Assembly: GCF_018350175.1 (NCBI RefSeq)
Contig: NC_058382.1
Coordinates: 61,816,001 to 61,880,000, forward strand
DNA from: Felis catus
Lineage: Eukaryota
DNA: 64,000 nt
Reading direction: 5' to 3'
Shown: in pieces, positions 63,229 through 64,000 of the stretch
Layout of the letters: every line of letters starts with the position of its first letter
Numbering within the stretch: position 1 is the stretch's first letter
Position numbers and translations under genes: made by a program
Notes under the pieces: generated by a model
The model's database searches: none
The model's input: only the letters and a program-made list of their open reading frames with translations
What the model was told of the DNA's origin: nothing

Positions 63229-64000
63229 ACATCCCCATTGGGAGAGAGTCTAAGCTAGGGTTAGGGTTCGGTCCAGGACGTTACCAGGGCCAAAGCAACT
63301 CCAGTCTCGTGATGTCCCTAGAGGACTGGAGTAAGGGACCAGGAGACAGCAGGGGTCAAGTGTTTGATTAGGTTTCAAGATCGGGTTAGGATTCGGTTGA
63401 TGTTTCAGGTTAGGGGTAGAGTTTGGGTTAGGACCCAGGAGACTCCAGGTACTGAACCCACAGCAGGGCAGTGGTCTCCCGAATGGGCTAAGTTGAGGGC
63501 ACAGGGGAGAGGGCCAGTAAGGTTCAGTCTTTGGCTTCCAAGGCCACGCAACTCTATGGGACCCTGGTCGGGTAGGCCTCAGGAATTCTCTCAGAAAACT
63601 GCAGCTGGGCCTGCAAAACGACATTGTGAGGTTCCAGGCACCATGCCGAGTGACACTGCCCCGCTTCTGGAACCCCAGGCGCGTGGTGTTGCCAGACCTT
63701 GGGATTGGGTCCCCAAGGGGAGAGAGCCTTAGCTAGGGTTAGTGTTTGGACCAGGGACGTAGCCAGGATCGAAGCGACTCCAGTCTTGAGATCTCTCTCG
63801 AGAGGTGAAGTGAGGGCCCATGCGAAGGTGAGGTTAAAATGAAGGGTTAGGGTTGAAGGCAAGCTTAGGATTTGGTGGATGGTCCGGTTAAGGGTAGGGT
63901 TGGGGTTAGGTTCCAGGGGGATCCAGGTGCTGAAGCCAGAGCAGTGCAGTGGTCTCCTCGAAGGACTGAGTTCAGGGCACAAGGGAGGGTGCCAGGCAGG
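63229..64000 (+). repeat. FA-SAT-like satellite array 3, continuing past the window end
   Basis: 'tccccattgggagagagtctaagctagggttaggg' at about 63232 and its homolog at about 63710; same monomer type as array 2. Confidence 0.9.

Overview
Repeat-dense mammalian heterochromatin-like window, almost certainly from a felid (Felidae-type Can-SINEs and ~480-bp FA-SAT-like satellite). I can support no intact protein-coding gene. From left to right: an L1 5'UTR (1-990); a nest of decayed ERV1-class proviruses (1.2-10.5 kb); old L1/L2/MIR with many SINEs and a U6 snRNA/L1 chimeric retrocopy (12.6-13.6 kb); FA-SAT-like array 1 (17.55-24.6 kb) ending in degenerate TTAGGG; a second composite satellite (24.85-31.4 kb) with a conserved ~130-bp head followed by variable numbers of ~39-bp units, interrupted by an insert of unidentified ORF-like DNA plus a 16S/ND5 NUMT; LTR, L2 and L1 debris; FA-SAT-like array 2 (40.7-48.2 kb) with the same telomere-like exit module; L1 mosaics; and the start of FA-SAT-like array 3 (63.2 kb onward). 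The most unusual observation is that the head of the second satellite reads as a splice acceptor, a 24-nt phase-0 micro-exon (LKKHASLK-like) and a splice donor, repeated about 9 times. Family names come from recognising motifs by eye, not from database searches, and boundaries are approximate unless stated otherwise.
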